A stretch of DNA of 64,000 bases from positions 214,883,847 through 214,947,846 of the forward strand of contig NC_058135.1 in the NCBI RefSeq assembly GCF_016433145.1, given 5' to 3'. This DNA comes from Gracilinanus agilis (Eukaryota). The notes beneath the pieces were generated by a model. It saw nothing but the letters and a program-made list of their open reading frames with translations. It did not search any database and was not told the origin of the DNA. Below, one piece after another: positions 1 through 12,690 of the stretch; the stretch's first letter is position 1; each line of letters opens with the position of its first letter. Both the position numbers and the translations under genes were made by a program.

Positions 1-734
1 GACATTTCGTCTTTGACCTCAGAGATTCCACCAAGCTCTAAAATTTCATAAACATTCCTAACATGTTTGCTAGAAATAAAAAAAAGACAGCATGTCACAC
101 ATATTCATGCCCATTTGCAGGAAGGATACAGAAGTCCTTGAGCTGACACTCAAGACACTTGCCAACTTGTTAGGACTTGCTCTGAATCAGTATGAGTATG
201 AGAATATGATTTTGCAGGATTTCATTGGTTAAAAATGTATAAGTTGAGTTAGCATACCTTGAATAATGGACTGAGTGAATCTCCTAGCAGTAAATACAGG
301 AGACCAGCACTTCTGCATCTTTACCATATACGAGGTGATCTATTGAAAAATTTTATGGAGTTTGAGGGATAGACGATTTTCCCCAATAGAGAAAGATGTC
401 TTAAAGAATTTTCATTAGCAGGTTTTCCCCTTAAGCTTTGTAGGAGAGAAGGGGTAAGAGTCAAAAATACCAGATGGGTAGGCAGCCTTTCATCCAGAAG
501 TTTCAAAGTCTTTGGTTTCAGAATCTCTTCATACTCATAATTATTAAAGTGCTTTAGTGAGAAATATATCAATATTTACCATATTAGAAATTAATACACC
601 TTAGTATTATTACAATAATTGTTTTGACCTCATGGACTCCCTAAAAGGGTGTCAGAGATACCCAAGTTTATTCAATGAAAATTTTAGGAGTCATAAAAAC
701 TTTAATAAACAAATAATTTATTATTTATTATATA

Positions 735-832
735 TCATATAAATGTATAATGTATTATATTTTTATTAAATATATTATAAAATATGTAATGTATTATATT
801 TTTATAAAATATATATTATAATGAATAAAATA
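735..832. repeat. AT-rich ~39-bp tandem duplication
   Basis: AATGTATTATATTTTTAT.AAATAT.TATTATAA occurs twice. Confidence 0.75.
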
Positions 833-3800
833 TTTAATAAATAAATACTGAGAAGTTTTGCCATTCTCTTGACAAAAAAGAGGAATTTGAGTGGAGAGGT
901 CACATAGTTACTTAGTTACAGAACCATTCATTGATCCTTCTGTTACCATGAGTGAATAGATAATTTTTCTAAAGTATACTTTGTTTGTTGTAGAAAAGTG
1001 AAATCCCACCTCCCCAAAAATAAATAAAATAAAAGAAGGAAAATTATATTAAACACTCTCCTAATCCCAATGTCTCTTCCCCTTCCCCAAATTTTCCTTT
1101 ATGAATCTTCTTCTTATCCTGGGGTTTAGCAATTCTTTGCTCTGCTCCTCCCCCATCCATGCTCCCTTTATACAAATATACATTATTCTGACCTAGCTAT
1201 GGTCACCATGGCCCTCTAGAAAAGACAATAAGACTGTTCTTTATCAAATTGTTGGTGAATAAAACTGTGAAATACCTTCATTTTCAAACTGTTTCCTGTT
1301 TTATTATTCCCTGTCAAAATTTGTTTCCTGTCATGGAGATAGAAACTGTCCAACTGGACCTATTATTGCATGGTCTTGAATGGCATCATGCATTAGGATA
1401 CATTGGAAACATAGTCCACTCTCAGAAATGTTGACATCCATGCTTGTATTGGACTCTTGGGAGGTAAGAATTGGCAATGGCAGCTATCAGATTTACTGAC
1501 CGTGTGTTCTGTTGTCGATTTGTAATTCTTCTGTCATTTTTAAACAGCATTTTTCTTCATAAGGTATTTCAAAATAGGAAAAATATCTATCTGAAGAAAT
1601 ATTATTCATCAGATGTCAAGGATCAATTAAACTTTAAGATGTGGTAGAACTAAAAGGGAACTTGAGATATTATTAGAGACTGATAACTGGCATTTAGAAG
1701 CTAGAATGTTAGAGTTCAAATGTTTTAAGAGAAATAAGAATATAGTGTGTTTGTAGTGAAAGATAACATACAGTATAGAATATTGAAACTGGAAGGAACA
1801 GTAGGGTGTAGAATGTTAAAGAGGGGAGGGACCTTAGAAATCATTTCATTCACTCCCCTTCGATTTTAGAGGTAACAATGAAGACACTTCTCTAAAGTCA
1901 TACATTGAGGGGTGGCAGAGTCAGGTCCTGACCAACCCCAACTCTGACTGCTTTAGGATGGCCTTTAGTCACCAATGTCCTTAGGTTTTACTCTTTAGGG
2001 TAACATTCAGCTCTAGCAAGTAATAATGTTCTGTGAAGAGTGACATCTTTAAAGGAGTTCATCAGAGACTGTACAAAACTAAAGAAAAAGCCAATGATTC
2101 TGGGATTTCCTGAAATATAGGATTGGAAGCTAGGAAAGAAAGGATTAAAATAAAATAATTGTCCAAACAAATGTTTGGCCTGCTTTTAGCTTAGTCAAAT
2201 CTTAGATTTTACAAAGCAGCCTCCAAGTAAACCCATTTTTCTGGGACTAACTCTGTCCCTTGCCTCCCTTCCCTTTCAGCTGTAATCAGCAGACTATTCG
2301 GAATGTTATTACTGAATGAATTTCTGAGCAATGGTTTCTTCCATCCTGGCTTTGCATCCTAATGAGAATGTCATGTTGCTGGTCTGACTTTCCTGTTAGA
2401 TCTTATAATAGTAGGAAACAGATGAGAGGGTTGCATTAATCATTAACCATCAGGAATCTGCTCATTTGTCTTTAAGGGATGGTGATGATGTAATACATGG
2501 TTTGAAAGGGGCACAGGGAAAGGCAGATTATGTTATCTCACTTTCTCATGATGAAGACAAAGGGCTCCCTTGCAGTGAATTAGCATACACACAACTATCT
2601 TTGCAAAGAGGTTTGCTGGCAGTGATATCAGCAGGAGGGGAGAGGGGATATGATGGCATTATGGTAGAAGCACTGGAAATATGGTTAGATTTTGAACCAC
2701 AGAGCCCAGATTTGAATCCTGAATCTGCTATTTACCAGGTAGATGATTTTGGATAAAATATTTCTGGACCTCAGATTCTTCATCTGTTAAAACAGGGGAT
2801 TGCACTGAAGAATATCTATGGTCCATTAATACTTGAACATGTTAGGATCTCATTACTCTTGAGATCATTAGAACCAATCACTGACATTTTGACTATTTTT
2901 TTGTGGATTGTCCCTGTTATTCAAACTAGAATATGAATACTAAATTCAAAATAATCTTTGTCAAAAGAACATCTATTAATGGGCCCTTTTGATATCTAAT
3001 TTTGCCCTAGTGTTTTTTTTCCCATTCCCTTTAATCTTGATGGGATTTCTATGCATGTAGTTCACATAATTGATGGAGTTTTGTACAGTGGAATATCGGA
3101 GTGTTCAAATCCAACCTTAGATGCTTACCAACTATGGGACTGTAGCATAGTTTCTTGTCAATAAAGAAGACATTTAGACAAAGTTCTGGAGGGAAAATTG
3201 AGGAATTCTAACTGGAAATAAATGATGAGGCTTTATTGAAAGGCACCCTAGCTGGTCCCTGAAGGAAAAGGATATTGAAAAGTGGAAGTTAATAAGGAAA
3301 GTGTTCCAGGGAAAAAGAAGAGCTTCCATAAATAAAGGAAAATGGGAAATGGTACTTCATCTGGGGTATCTAACTAGTTTCCCAACTTGGCTGGGAACTT
3401 TATGTCTAAAGAGAGGCAATATGGGAAGGGGGAAAGACATGGTTTGCAAATAACTTTTCCATATTTTATTACACTTTATCATCTCAAAAACAATGTACAA
3501 ATCTTTGTGTTTTTAGTTTACATATGAAGAAACTATGACTTACTAAATATTATATTGTTAGTATAAAGAATGAAAGCTCCTTCAGGACAAGAACATTTTT
3601 GGTCTTTTCCTCCCCTCCCAATGCATATCATAATTAACCCCATGTCTTTGACACAGAAGGCATTTAACACAATTTCATTGAATTGTATCCATCAGTCAAT
3701 AGCAGAAATGGAACTCAGTCACCTATCTTCTAGAGCTTAATTAAAAAAAATTATTTGTTCTAGCCCAGGTGGCCCACTTGATGAATAGCCATCTAGTCCT

Positions 3801-4364
3801 CTCTAACATATATATCTTTTCCTTTATATCTCCTTTCCTCCATAAGCATGTTTCAGTTGATAAAGTCCTTGACTTGAGAGTTAGGCAAGGCCACTTGATT
3901 TCAAATCCTGCTTTGGATAATTTAATAGCTTTATGACCTTGGGAAAATCACCAAGCCTCAGTTTTCTCTCTGATAAAGGGGGTGATAAAGTCATCTGCTT
4001 CAAGGGGTTGTTGTGAGAAGCCAATAAAATAAACTATTCAAGGTGTTTTTATCATCGTCATACTGTGATCACCACAGCGTTCCACTTACAGAATGCAGAA
4101 CTGAGGAGCAAAAATAATGCTGCAAATAAATATGAAGCTTCAATTCCTGGGGCTTCCTACTTTTGGGAAACTTTGACTTGTCTCATGAATTGGTCTGGCA
4201 TGTGTCCTCAGCTTTGGGGAAGGATAGAAAATACCTTTAACAAAGACCTGATTAAACCATATCAAAAGATTTGAAATAAGAAAAAACAACTACTACTACT
4301 AAAGGACAATTGAGTGAAGACTGACAATCTCATTGCTGGCAGGAAACTCAGAATTGATGTAGCC

Positions 4365-4558
4365 AAGTGGTTCCCAAACTTTTTTGGCCTACCGCCCCCT
4401 TTCCAGAAAAAAAAATATTACTTAGTGCCCCCTGTCACATACTATCATCACCCCCTTACAGTTATTCACTGCCCCAAATGCAGCCATGGCCATCACTTTC
4501 TCCCTGGATCATTGCAGCACCCACCAGGGGGCGGTGGTGCCCACTTTGGGAATCACTG
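4365..4558 (+). mobile_element. Non-autonomous hAT/Charlie MITE, subfamily A
   Basis: TIRs (A)AGTGGTTCCCAAA ... TTTGGGAATCACTG. Perfect 8-bp TSD ATGTAGCC (4357-4364, 4559-4566). Confidence 0.93.
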
Positions 4559-4768
4559 ATGTAGCCTAAACCAGATTTAAACACAAATTCCCTCTATTGA
4601 TATGAATGACTCAATGCAGTTCAGAAAATGCCTATTAAACACCTACCATACTTAGGGAAACTATTCTTTTGTATTGATGCAGTAACTCCTCTTGTCTCCT
4701 GAATCCAATTCACCAAGAATATTATTAAATAACTAATAGGCCTAAGGCCATATGTTCAGCACAGGAAA

Positions 4769-4771
<3 letters not shown>

Positions 4772-4802
<31 letters not shown>
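4772..4802. repeat. Poly(A) tract (31 nt)
   Basis: Direct reading. Confidence 0.98.
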
Positions 4803-4806
<4 letters not shown>

Positions 4807-5909
4807 TTGTCACTGTGCCAGCAATTTACTAATTATAATTTATAGTATGATATTATTGCATATTTCTATTATTGACAATATTTAACATGTTTATTGATAT
4901 AAATAATAGTATCTATATTACCATTATTGGTAATATTTAGTATATCATGTTCTATTAGTGTATTAATATAACTAGTAATATATTATATTTATATAGTAAT
5001 ATAATTAGCAGTATTATATATAACTAATCATGATTTAAAATATTCCACATTATGAATTAAATAAGGACATCAGACATGGAGACAGAATAATACAAGTCAG
5101 AGGGTACAGTGGAAAGAACCTTTGCTCTGGAGCCAGAAATCTTGTGTTCAAATGCTATCAGTGATACTTAAAAACTGAGTGATTTCAAACAAGTCAATTA
5201 TCCCCCCTTGGTCTCAGTTTCTTCAGTGGCAAAAAATAAAGTGATTGAACTAGATGATTTCTAAAGTCCCCTCCTAATGTAGGTCTATAATCCTATAATT
5301 CTTTTCTCATTTGACCCATTGTGCTGCATTCTTTAAAGGAATCAAGAAGAAATTCAAATAAAGGGAAATGAGCAGAGAGAGGACCTCTGGCTGGAGCTGC
5401 TGTGGAAAGCTTCATGGAGGAGATGGTACCTGAACTAGACTTTGAAGGAAGGGCAGGACTGAAACAACTCTTGAGCAGATGGGGTCAAGGAGGCATCTCA
5501 ATCTTTTAACTATGGGAGAGGATGAGAAGAGAACAGATACAGTTCAGCTATAATTAGACTTCATGAAGAGGAACAGTGATAATCAGGAGTTTTGACTTTC
5601 TCAGGAATGTATGGTTTGAAACTGGGATTCCCAGAGGTCATTTTTTCCCCTAATTGTTGTTCAGGGAGTGACTTACATTTGATTTATTTAGGTTTTTTTG
5701 AAGGAACAAAAATTTCCAGATGTCTTTTACAAAGTCTAAACTAGCTCCCCATTTGGCTATATGTGGTAGTCTCATTGATCTTTCCAGTTGAGTGGAAAGG
5801 GCTCCCATAGGGACAATCACATTATGAATAACAGTATCCGGCTATGCCAAGACAAAGTTTTTGGATTCTTTAAGAATAGAGTGATTTTGTAGCCTTAAAC
5901 TTTCTTCAG

Positions 5910-5951
5910 TTGATATGGAGTCTGTGTCCCAAAGCAAGAGAAATTTTTCAG
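5910..5951 (+). other. Candidate 42-nt frame-preserving exon (unconfirmed)
   Basis: Acceptor AAACTTTCTTCAG and donor CAG|GTATGT. Two open frames: LIWSLCPKAREIFQ or xDMESVSQSKRNFSx. Confidence 0.25.
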
Positions 5952-6397
5952 GTATGTATAAATGATCTAGGTACTGGGAGGAATCTTAGAATCTAGAACA
6001 TAGAATGCCAGAATTGAAAGAGACTTTAGATTGTAGGTCATAGGGTGCCAAAACTCAGAGACCTTAGAATAAGGAGTATTGAATGATATAAAAACAAGGG
6101 ACTTTAAAGAATAATAGAAATGGCCATTAGATCAGGGTATTAGAGATATGAGAGATCTTAGAAGATATCTCTTCTCCCCTTAGATTATAATGCCTTGAGG
6201 ACAGGGACTATCTTTTCCTCATTTTTGTGTCCCAGTGCTTAATACATAGTAGGCACTTAATAAGGGCTTACTAATTGATAGTCTAATACAGGGAGTTCTT
6301 ATCCTGGGTTTTCAAAACCTTTTTTTAATCAACATATTTTTATAATGATATTTTAAAAATAATTGAATTTATTTACTAATTAATTAATTAATTGAAA

Positions 6398-6485
6398 TTT
6401 AAAACCCTTACTTCCTACTTGGAGTCAATACTGTGTATTGGCTTCAAGGCAGAAGAGTGTTAAGGGCAAGGCAATGGGGGTTAAG
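6398..6485 (-). mobile_element. 3' half of a SINE1_Mdo-type SINE, inverted relative to 6520-6720
   Basis: The reverse complement aligns at about 90% (by eye) to 6630-6717. Confidence 0.88.
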
Positions 6486-6519
6486 TTAAAATTCATTCTT
6501 TTAAAAATAAATTAAATTA

Positions 6520-6720
6520 GGGGGCAGCTAGGTGGATCAGTGGATTGAGAACTAGACTTAGAGACAGGAGGTCCTAGATTTAAATCTGGCTTCAGCCACT
6601 CCCTAGCTGTGTGACTCTGGGCAAGTCACTTGACCCCCATTGCCTACCCTTACCACTCTTCTGCCTTGAAGCCAGTACACAGTATTGACTCCAAGATGGA
6701 AGGTAAGGGTTTAAAAAAAT
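6520..6720 (+). mobile_element. SINE1_Mdo/WSINE-type tRNA-derived CORE-SINE, full length
   Basis: GGGGCAGCTAGGTGG head, CTGGGCAAGTCACTT core and GAAGGTAAGGGTTTAAAAAA tail. Confidence 0.92.
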
Positions 6721-6989
6721 ACTTCTGAAAGGTGTTCTTTACATTCTGGGCAATGGAAATATCAGTAAGGAGGCCTCTGCACTATGGTGGAAAGAACACT
6801 GGGCTTGGAGTCCATAGATTTGACTTTAAGTCCCTTCCCAGGTTCTTTCTTGAAGAGTAATCTTAGGCAAAACCTTTAATTTCTATGAGCCTCGATGCTG
6901 CCCTATGTAAGATAGCAATAATGACAATACTCGCACAGCCCACCTTATAGACTTGTAGAAAGCCATGTGTAAATGCTGATGTACTACTT

Positions 6990-7330
6990 AGACGTGAGTT
7001 CTTCTGTATGCCTCTGAGATTAGGGAAAGTTTCCCAGAGGAGGCTGTATTGGAGCATTTCTTTCAGGATAGCTATGACTTCTACAGGGAGAGGTTGGAAG
7101 CGGCTGCTTCCAGGTGTTGGGGGTGATGTGAACAAAGGAGAAAGGCAGCAAAGCTCTCAAAGGCACTGCCCGGCATTCTGTGGTCTGGAGCATGGCATGC
7201 CTTAAGGAGAGTAGACTGAGACACAGTTGGACAGGGAGGCTGGCAACAGAGTCTAGTAAGTCTTGATAGCCACGTTAAAGACTTCAGACTTTCTCACTGG
7301 AAGTCATTGAAGATTTTAGACTAGGGGAGT
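6990..7330 (-). mobile_element. L2 LINE fragment
   Basis: Purine-rich GGAAAGTTTCCCAGAGGAGG...AAAGCTCTCAAAGGCACTG...GGAAGTCATTGAAGATTTTAG, typical of reverse L2. Confidence 0.65.
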
Positions 7331-7734
7331 GACAGAAGACCTGTGTATACTCAAGGGAGACTTTTGTTCCTGTATTTAAAAGGTATTTATGATTTAGTAT
7401 CCATTCCTAGTAATTTGTACATCAAAGAAGAGATTTCTGAGATCCTATTCTAAAGGCACAAAATATACTGTTCGTAATTCTGAGAGTGCTTCTCTTGCAA
7501 ATGGGTACCTTTTCAAAAATGTGTGTGTATGTGTATGTGTATATAAAGTATCAAAAATGTCCTACATGCTGAATTTGCAACTAGTACTCTTCTATGAAAT
7601 GTTATGCTTAGGGACATTTCCTCATTGGAAAGTCAGAGAGTCAAATTTTATTTTTTGCACTGTTCCTAATGCCTGAAAGTAATAACTCTACTATGAAGTG
7701 ACTTTATCAGTCAAGAAATTTTGCTAGTTTACTG

Positions 7735-8335
7735 TCACTCGCTTCTCTCTCACTTTGTTTCTTGTACTTTTTTATTCTTTATCTACTTTTCACTCACCCT
7801 GCTTATCTCTCTTATTCCCTTGAAAATTTTTAAAATTGTCCTTTCCTGATTGACTCTATCTCAGTTTCTTTCTCTCTTTATTTATCAATCCTCCTTCTCC
7901 TTTTCTCTCTTGCTTGTAAGTTCTCACCCCCTTTATCTTTTCTGTTCTGTCACTCTCTTCCTTTACTCCTCATTCTCTAACTTTCTGCCTTTAGTCTTTT
8001 TAAATCTATCTCTGTCTCTATTTTCCCTCTCTTTCTGTGCCAGTGTTTGTGCAATTTTATACATTTCTCTATTTCCCTTATTCTTCCTGTCTCTGATTCT
8101 GCCTCGTGTTTTCCATCTTAGTCTTATTGTCTTGTCTGTATCCTTTGTCTTTTTTTCTGTGTCTGTTTCTCTATGTCTCTGTTCTTATCTCTCTGTATCT
8201 ATCTTCTCCCTCTTTCTTACTTTCCTTTTTCTGGGCCATACCCTTGAAAGCAATGTGTGTTTTCACTTAGCCCCTTTGGTAAATGTATCAGTAGGCTCTT
8301 TTTTCCTTAGTCTTTCTTTCTCAGAAATGGAACCC
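7735..8335. repeat. ~600-bp CT-rich low-complexity tract
   Basis: Strongly pyrimidine-biased plus strand. It generates the spurious 219-aa Leu/Ser/Phe ORF. Confidence 0.9.
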
Positions 8336-9550
8336 AAGCACTCACTGCACAGATGGTTTCAGGTCTTGTTCATGACCCAAGAGATAAAGACCCATTTCCT
8401 GTCTTTTCTCTCAAAGGCACAATGTCTGTTTAGAGGCCCCCACAACTCCCTAAAGAAATCCTTCAAAATTAGTCACAGATCAGAGTTTCTAGGCAGTTTG
8501 TTATTATGACAAATCCATAGGAATTCTTGATCTGAATTTATGCATCAATCAATGACCAAAGGATACAATTCTATTTTTCTATCTCTGTTTTCTCTTTGGA
8601 AGATATAGTCATGTTTAAAAAATATGCCTTCTGTATCTAGGCCACCTTGAGTCTGTTTCTTCCAGACAAGGGAACGCAAGTAGCTGGATGTACTCCTCAA
8701 GCAACTTTCTATGAAAATAGGCAGTGTACTGTAGTGGAGAGAAAGTTGGAGTCATAAGACTTGAACCTGAATCTCAACTCAGCATTTTTTCACAAATTAT
8801 TTCTGTCTGTAGACTTCAGGTATCTCATATTTTAAATGAGGGGTCTGGACTTGGTGGTCTTTTCACTTCTAAATTTATGATCATTTAATAAAGGAGAAGA
8901 AACTGGGAAACTAGGAGATATGAACGAAATAGCCAGACATTTTTTCATTTAAAAACTCCATAACATGCCATGAATTTGCCACTTAAAAATGATATACAGA
9001 GAGAGAGCAGTTGATGGTCACTGTAAGGGATCTTCTGGAACTTCTTGCCAAAAAAAGAGGCAAAATAATGGAAGAGAAAGAATGCACCACATTGATTTGC
9101 AAGTTAGAGACTCAATTGTGCAGCTTTGAGCAAGTGACCTATTTTCTTTGAGCCTCACGTTCTTTAGGATGAAGATTATGTAATTGACTTATCCTAGCCT
9201 CCCTTTTAAGGGACTGTTGTAAAGGAACCAATGAGATATGGTTCCCAAGAATGCTTTACAACTAACTAGTGCCATGTTGAATAAAGAGCTGGTAGTACTG
9301 AGGGGACAGAATAGCACAGTCCTAGAGCGAGCCTGGATTTAGATTGAAAAGGTCAAGATTCACATTTGGGAGATTTATATATGAAATTGTTTCAGAACTG
9401 ATTGACTTTGGGTAAGTCATTTTATTTTTCCAGAACCTTAGTAACTTCACTTATTTTTTGATGAAGATAATATAATTGCACTGTCAACCTTCCATATTTG
9501 TGCAAGGAACATGTCCCCCAAACTGTGAGGTGCTTTATATTTGTAAAGAT

Positions 9551-10604
9551 ATTTCGTGGTTTTTTTTTTCAATTACATGTAAGAACAAATTTCCACATAA
9601 GTTTTTCTTTTTTCTTTTATTTCTTTTCTTTTCTTTTTTAAATAATTTTTATTTTTAGAAAAGTTATCATGGTTACATGATTCATGTTCTTACTTTCCCT
9701 TTCACCTCCCCCTCCCCCATAGCCGATGCACATTTCCACTGGTTTTAACATGTGTCATCAATCAAGACCTATTTCCAAATTGTTGATAGTTGCATTGGTG
9801 TGGTAGTTTCGAGTCTACATCCCCAATCATGTCCGCCTCAAACCATGTATTCAAGCAGTTGCTTTTCTTCTGTGTTTCCTCTCCTGTAGTTCTTCCTCTG
9901 AATTCCACATAAGTTTTTCAAAATTATATGATTCATATTGTCTCTCTCCCTCCCTTCTTTCCCTTCCCTGGAGCTAGAAAACAATTAGATCTGGGTTGTG
10001 TATGTATTTCATGTTTCCATATTTTTCATTTTTGTAAGAGAATAAACATATAATCCAAAACCCTAAAATAAGAACTCTGTATGCACATATACAGTTTTGG
10101 ATATCCTTATATTCACTAAAGTAAAATAAATCATATGCTTTGATCTGCATTCCAATTCCAGCAGTTCTTTCTTTGGATGTGGATGGTATTCTTTGTCATA
10201 AATATCTTGCCATTGCCCTGGATCATTGTATTGCTAAGAGTAGCCTTTCACAGTTGATCATTTCACAGTATTGCTGTTGCTGTGTATAATGTTCTCCTGG
10301 TTCTGTTTATTGCACTCTGCATCAGTTCACATAGGTCTTTCCAGCTATTTCTGAAATCATCCTGTTCAATTCTTATAGCACAATAGTATTCTATCACCAC
10401 CATATATCACAATTTATTCAGTCCCCAATTGATGGACATCCCTTCAATTTCCAATCCTTTGCCACAACAAAAAGAGCAACTATAAATATTTTTGTACAAG
10501 CATATCCTTCACTCTCTCGCTTTTTTATCTCTTTGGAATACAGACCTAATAGTGGTATTACTGGATCAAACTGTATGCATTGTTTCATAGCCCTTTTGGA
10601 ATAG
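9551..10604 (-). mobile_element. Older marsupial L1 3' end with ORF2 C-terminal remnant
   Basis: ORF 10418-10651(-) contains QFDPVIPLLGLYSKE...CTKIFIVALFVVAKDWKLKGCPSIG, the L1 ORF2 C-terminus. Confidence 0.9.
9608..9902 (-). mobile_element. Young 5'-truncated L1 3' end nested in an older L1
   Basis: T-rich tail and L1_Mdo-like 3' UTR. 17-bp TSD TTCCACATAAGTTTTTC at 9591-9607 and 9903-9919. Confidence 0.9.
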
Positions 10605-11144
10605 CTGTGAGGTGCTTTACAAATGAGGGCTTTTGCTGTGTAAAGGTTCATGTATCATCTCCCTCCTCCCCAGGTCTTCACTTCCTTTTGAGAAGTAGGA
10701 ATGCTAATGAGTCTTTTCCTTTTCCAGAATCATAGAGTGCAAATGAACCCAAGGATATTTTCACAATGTGAATATGCGGCAAGTTACAAATCACTTTTTA
10801 AAAAATATGCATTTTCCTGGTGCTCCAGTTACTCTCTATTATCCTCACTCCATAGCTTCAGAGAAAATTGTAATTTGGAGATTAAATTATTGATAACTAA
10901 CCATTTAATTATTTCCCCACACATATTCATCTGGTAGAATAAAGACCAGTGCAGGCATGAGAAACATTTTGGATGAATTCAGTTCTAGGTCCAACAGCTT
11001 GATCACCATCTGGAGAGATGAAAAGGAAGATAGAAAAAGAGGTTACTTTGAATTTCAAAGTATTGCCTCTGTGTCTTTTTTCTCCCCTTGCACAAAGAAA
11101 TCTGCAATGGTTACAATCAGGCTTTTCAGTCTGATTTCATCAAA

Positions 11145-11420
11145 ATCACTGACACACAGAATGTTCCAATCACAAGGTACCTTAGAGTATTGGACACAGA
11201 ATGTCAGAACCAGAAGGATCTCAACATATAGAGCTTTGAAAGCAGTGGAAGAAATATTACTGCATATAGAGCATCAAATGTCACCAGCAAAAGGATCTCA
11301 GAACACAGAGTAGAGTGTCAGGATTGGAAAGACCACTCACTTTTCACAGAGAATAGACTAGCAGAACTGACAAGATCTCAACACATAAAGCCAGATCTGG
11401 AAGGAGCTCCAAACATACAA
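11145..11420. repeat. Imperfect tandem array of ~32-43-bp units (ACAGAATGTCAGA..GAAGG.(A)CCTTAGA)
   Basis: About seven decayed units. The motif equals the reverse complement of the MIR3/L3 3' terminus. Related arrays at 1672-1840, 5985-6170, 24600-24700 and 46238-46385. Confidence 0.7.
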
Positions 11421-12059
11421 TACTCTCAGTCCCAAGGAAAGAGGAAGACTGAATTATAGTATGCACATGGACACTCTTGAGGTTACCCTTTGTTCTCTTC
11501 ACATGATGCCCTGGTCATCTTTTTAAATTTTTTTTGTTGTTAATCTATTTATTTGATGGCATTCTTTAGTCTACTCCCTTGTATTTTTCTTGTTTACAGT
11601 CTGTGACATCTACCATGCATCCCTGAATTTCCCTCTTGATGGTATATTTTGGTAAAGTTCCCTTCCATACCTGTGCCATTTACTAAATCCTCACTCTTGA
11701 CATAAAACTGTGGGAAGTAAACCTTGTTGCATGGCATATGTTCAGGCTATGCAGCCTCTTTTTTCTGGTTAGTAAAATAAGTCACAGCAATCCAGTACAT
11801 TGCTGGTAGTTGAAGTTCATTTGGGTGCCTTATATTTCTTTATAATATATCACCTACCCCAGCATATAGGTATTGTGTAGTAGCTATGGATCTGGTAAAC
11901 AGATGCCTCTCCTATTTCAGTTATATTATTTTCATTTCATAAAAGGTGATTTAATTAATCGTATTTTTTCATTGGTAAGAGAGAAGGGTAAATATACAGA
12001 GCTATAGACCAAATCTGTGCATTGTATATTTCATGAGCATCCTGGTGGTTGGACAAAAG

Positions 12060-12400
12060 AAGGTTGGTTGAAGGATCTATGGATGTTTAGCCTGGAGGAA
12101 AATGAGATTCAGAGTGGCACTGATACTAGTCTCCAAATATAGAATTTTGTGAAAAAGGATTATCTTTGTTATGCTTGACCTTTAGGACAAGAACTAATGC
12201 TGGTTCTTAGAAGATGCAAAGAGAGATATGAGGAGAAGCTTCCTAATAATCCCAACAGTCTGAAAATGGGATGAGAAGCATTGGAAGGTGGCAAAACTGT
12301 GAGCCTCCTTAGAACTCTTCCAACAGAGACTAAACAATTGCTTTTCAGAGATCACTTTTGCGTTGGACTATAAGATTGATTCTGGCTCTCTGAGTTTCTA
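12060..12400 (+). mobile_element. L3/CR1 3' fragment
   Basis: GGATGTTTAGCCTGGAGGAAAATGAGA...GAAGCTTCCTAATAAT, a CR1 ORF2-end motif. A similar copy lies at 19255-19580. Confidence 0.7.
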
Positions 12401-12444
12401 TTATACTGTTATACTGTTATATATTATATGCACATCCTCACAAA

Positions 12445-12690
12445 CAGAGTGGTCCAGTAGTTAGAGCATTAGACCTGGAGGAAGGAAGACTTGGAGTTCA
12501 AATCTAGCCTCAGACACTTAATGGTTGTGTGTCCCTGGGAAAATCACTCAACCTGTTGTGAATTCCTTATCTGTAAAATGAGAATAATAATAGTTTCTGC
12601 CTCCCAAAGTCACTGTGAGTATAAAACAACCTGCTATATGTATAGTGTTTACCGAATCTCAATGACCATATTTATTATTAATATGTTTTG
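12445..12690 (+). mobile_element. MIR
   Basis: GGAGTTCAAATC B-box and CCTTATCTGTAAAATGAGAATAATAATAG core. Representative of many decayed MIR/MIR3 copies, for example ~2640, 3860, 5100, 6775, 8720, 34985, 42690 and 56080 (+). Confidence 0.8.

Noticed and set aside
4314-4564. ORFs at 4314, 4367, 29568 and 51164
   Set aside because: Run through hAT MITEs. Not transposase sequence.
6520-6600. tRNA-like heads of CORE-SINEs as tRNA genes
   Set aside because: They are SINE 5' domains continuing into the core sequence, with no complete cloverleaf.
7850-8509. Longest ORF (219 aa, hydrophobic)
   Set aside because: Translation of a CT-rich low-complexity tract, which lacks stop codons for compositional reasons. 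No domain recognised.
10957-11313. 118-aa ORF
   Set aside because: Its 3' half is the tandem MIR3/L3-tail array. No splice or homology support.
11145-11420. Repeat-spacer-like periodicity suggesting CRISPR
   Set aside because: Units are degenerate with no unique spacers, and the context is mammalian. Explained as a retroposon tail array.
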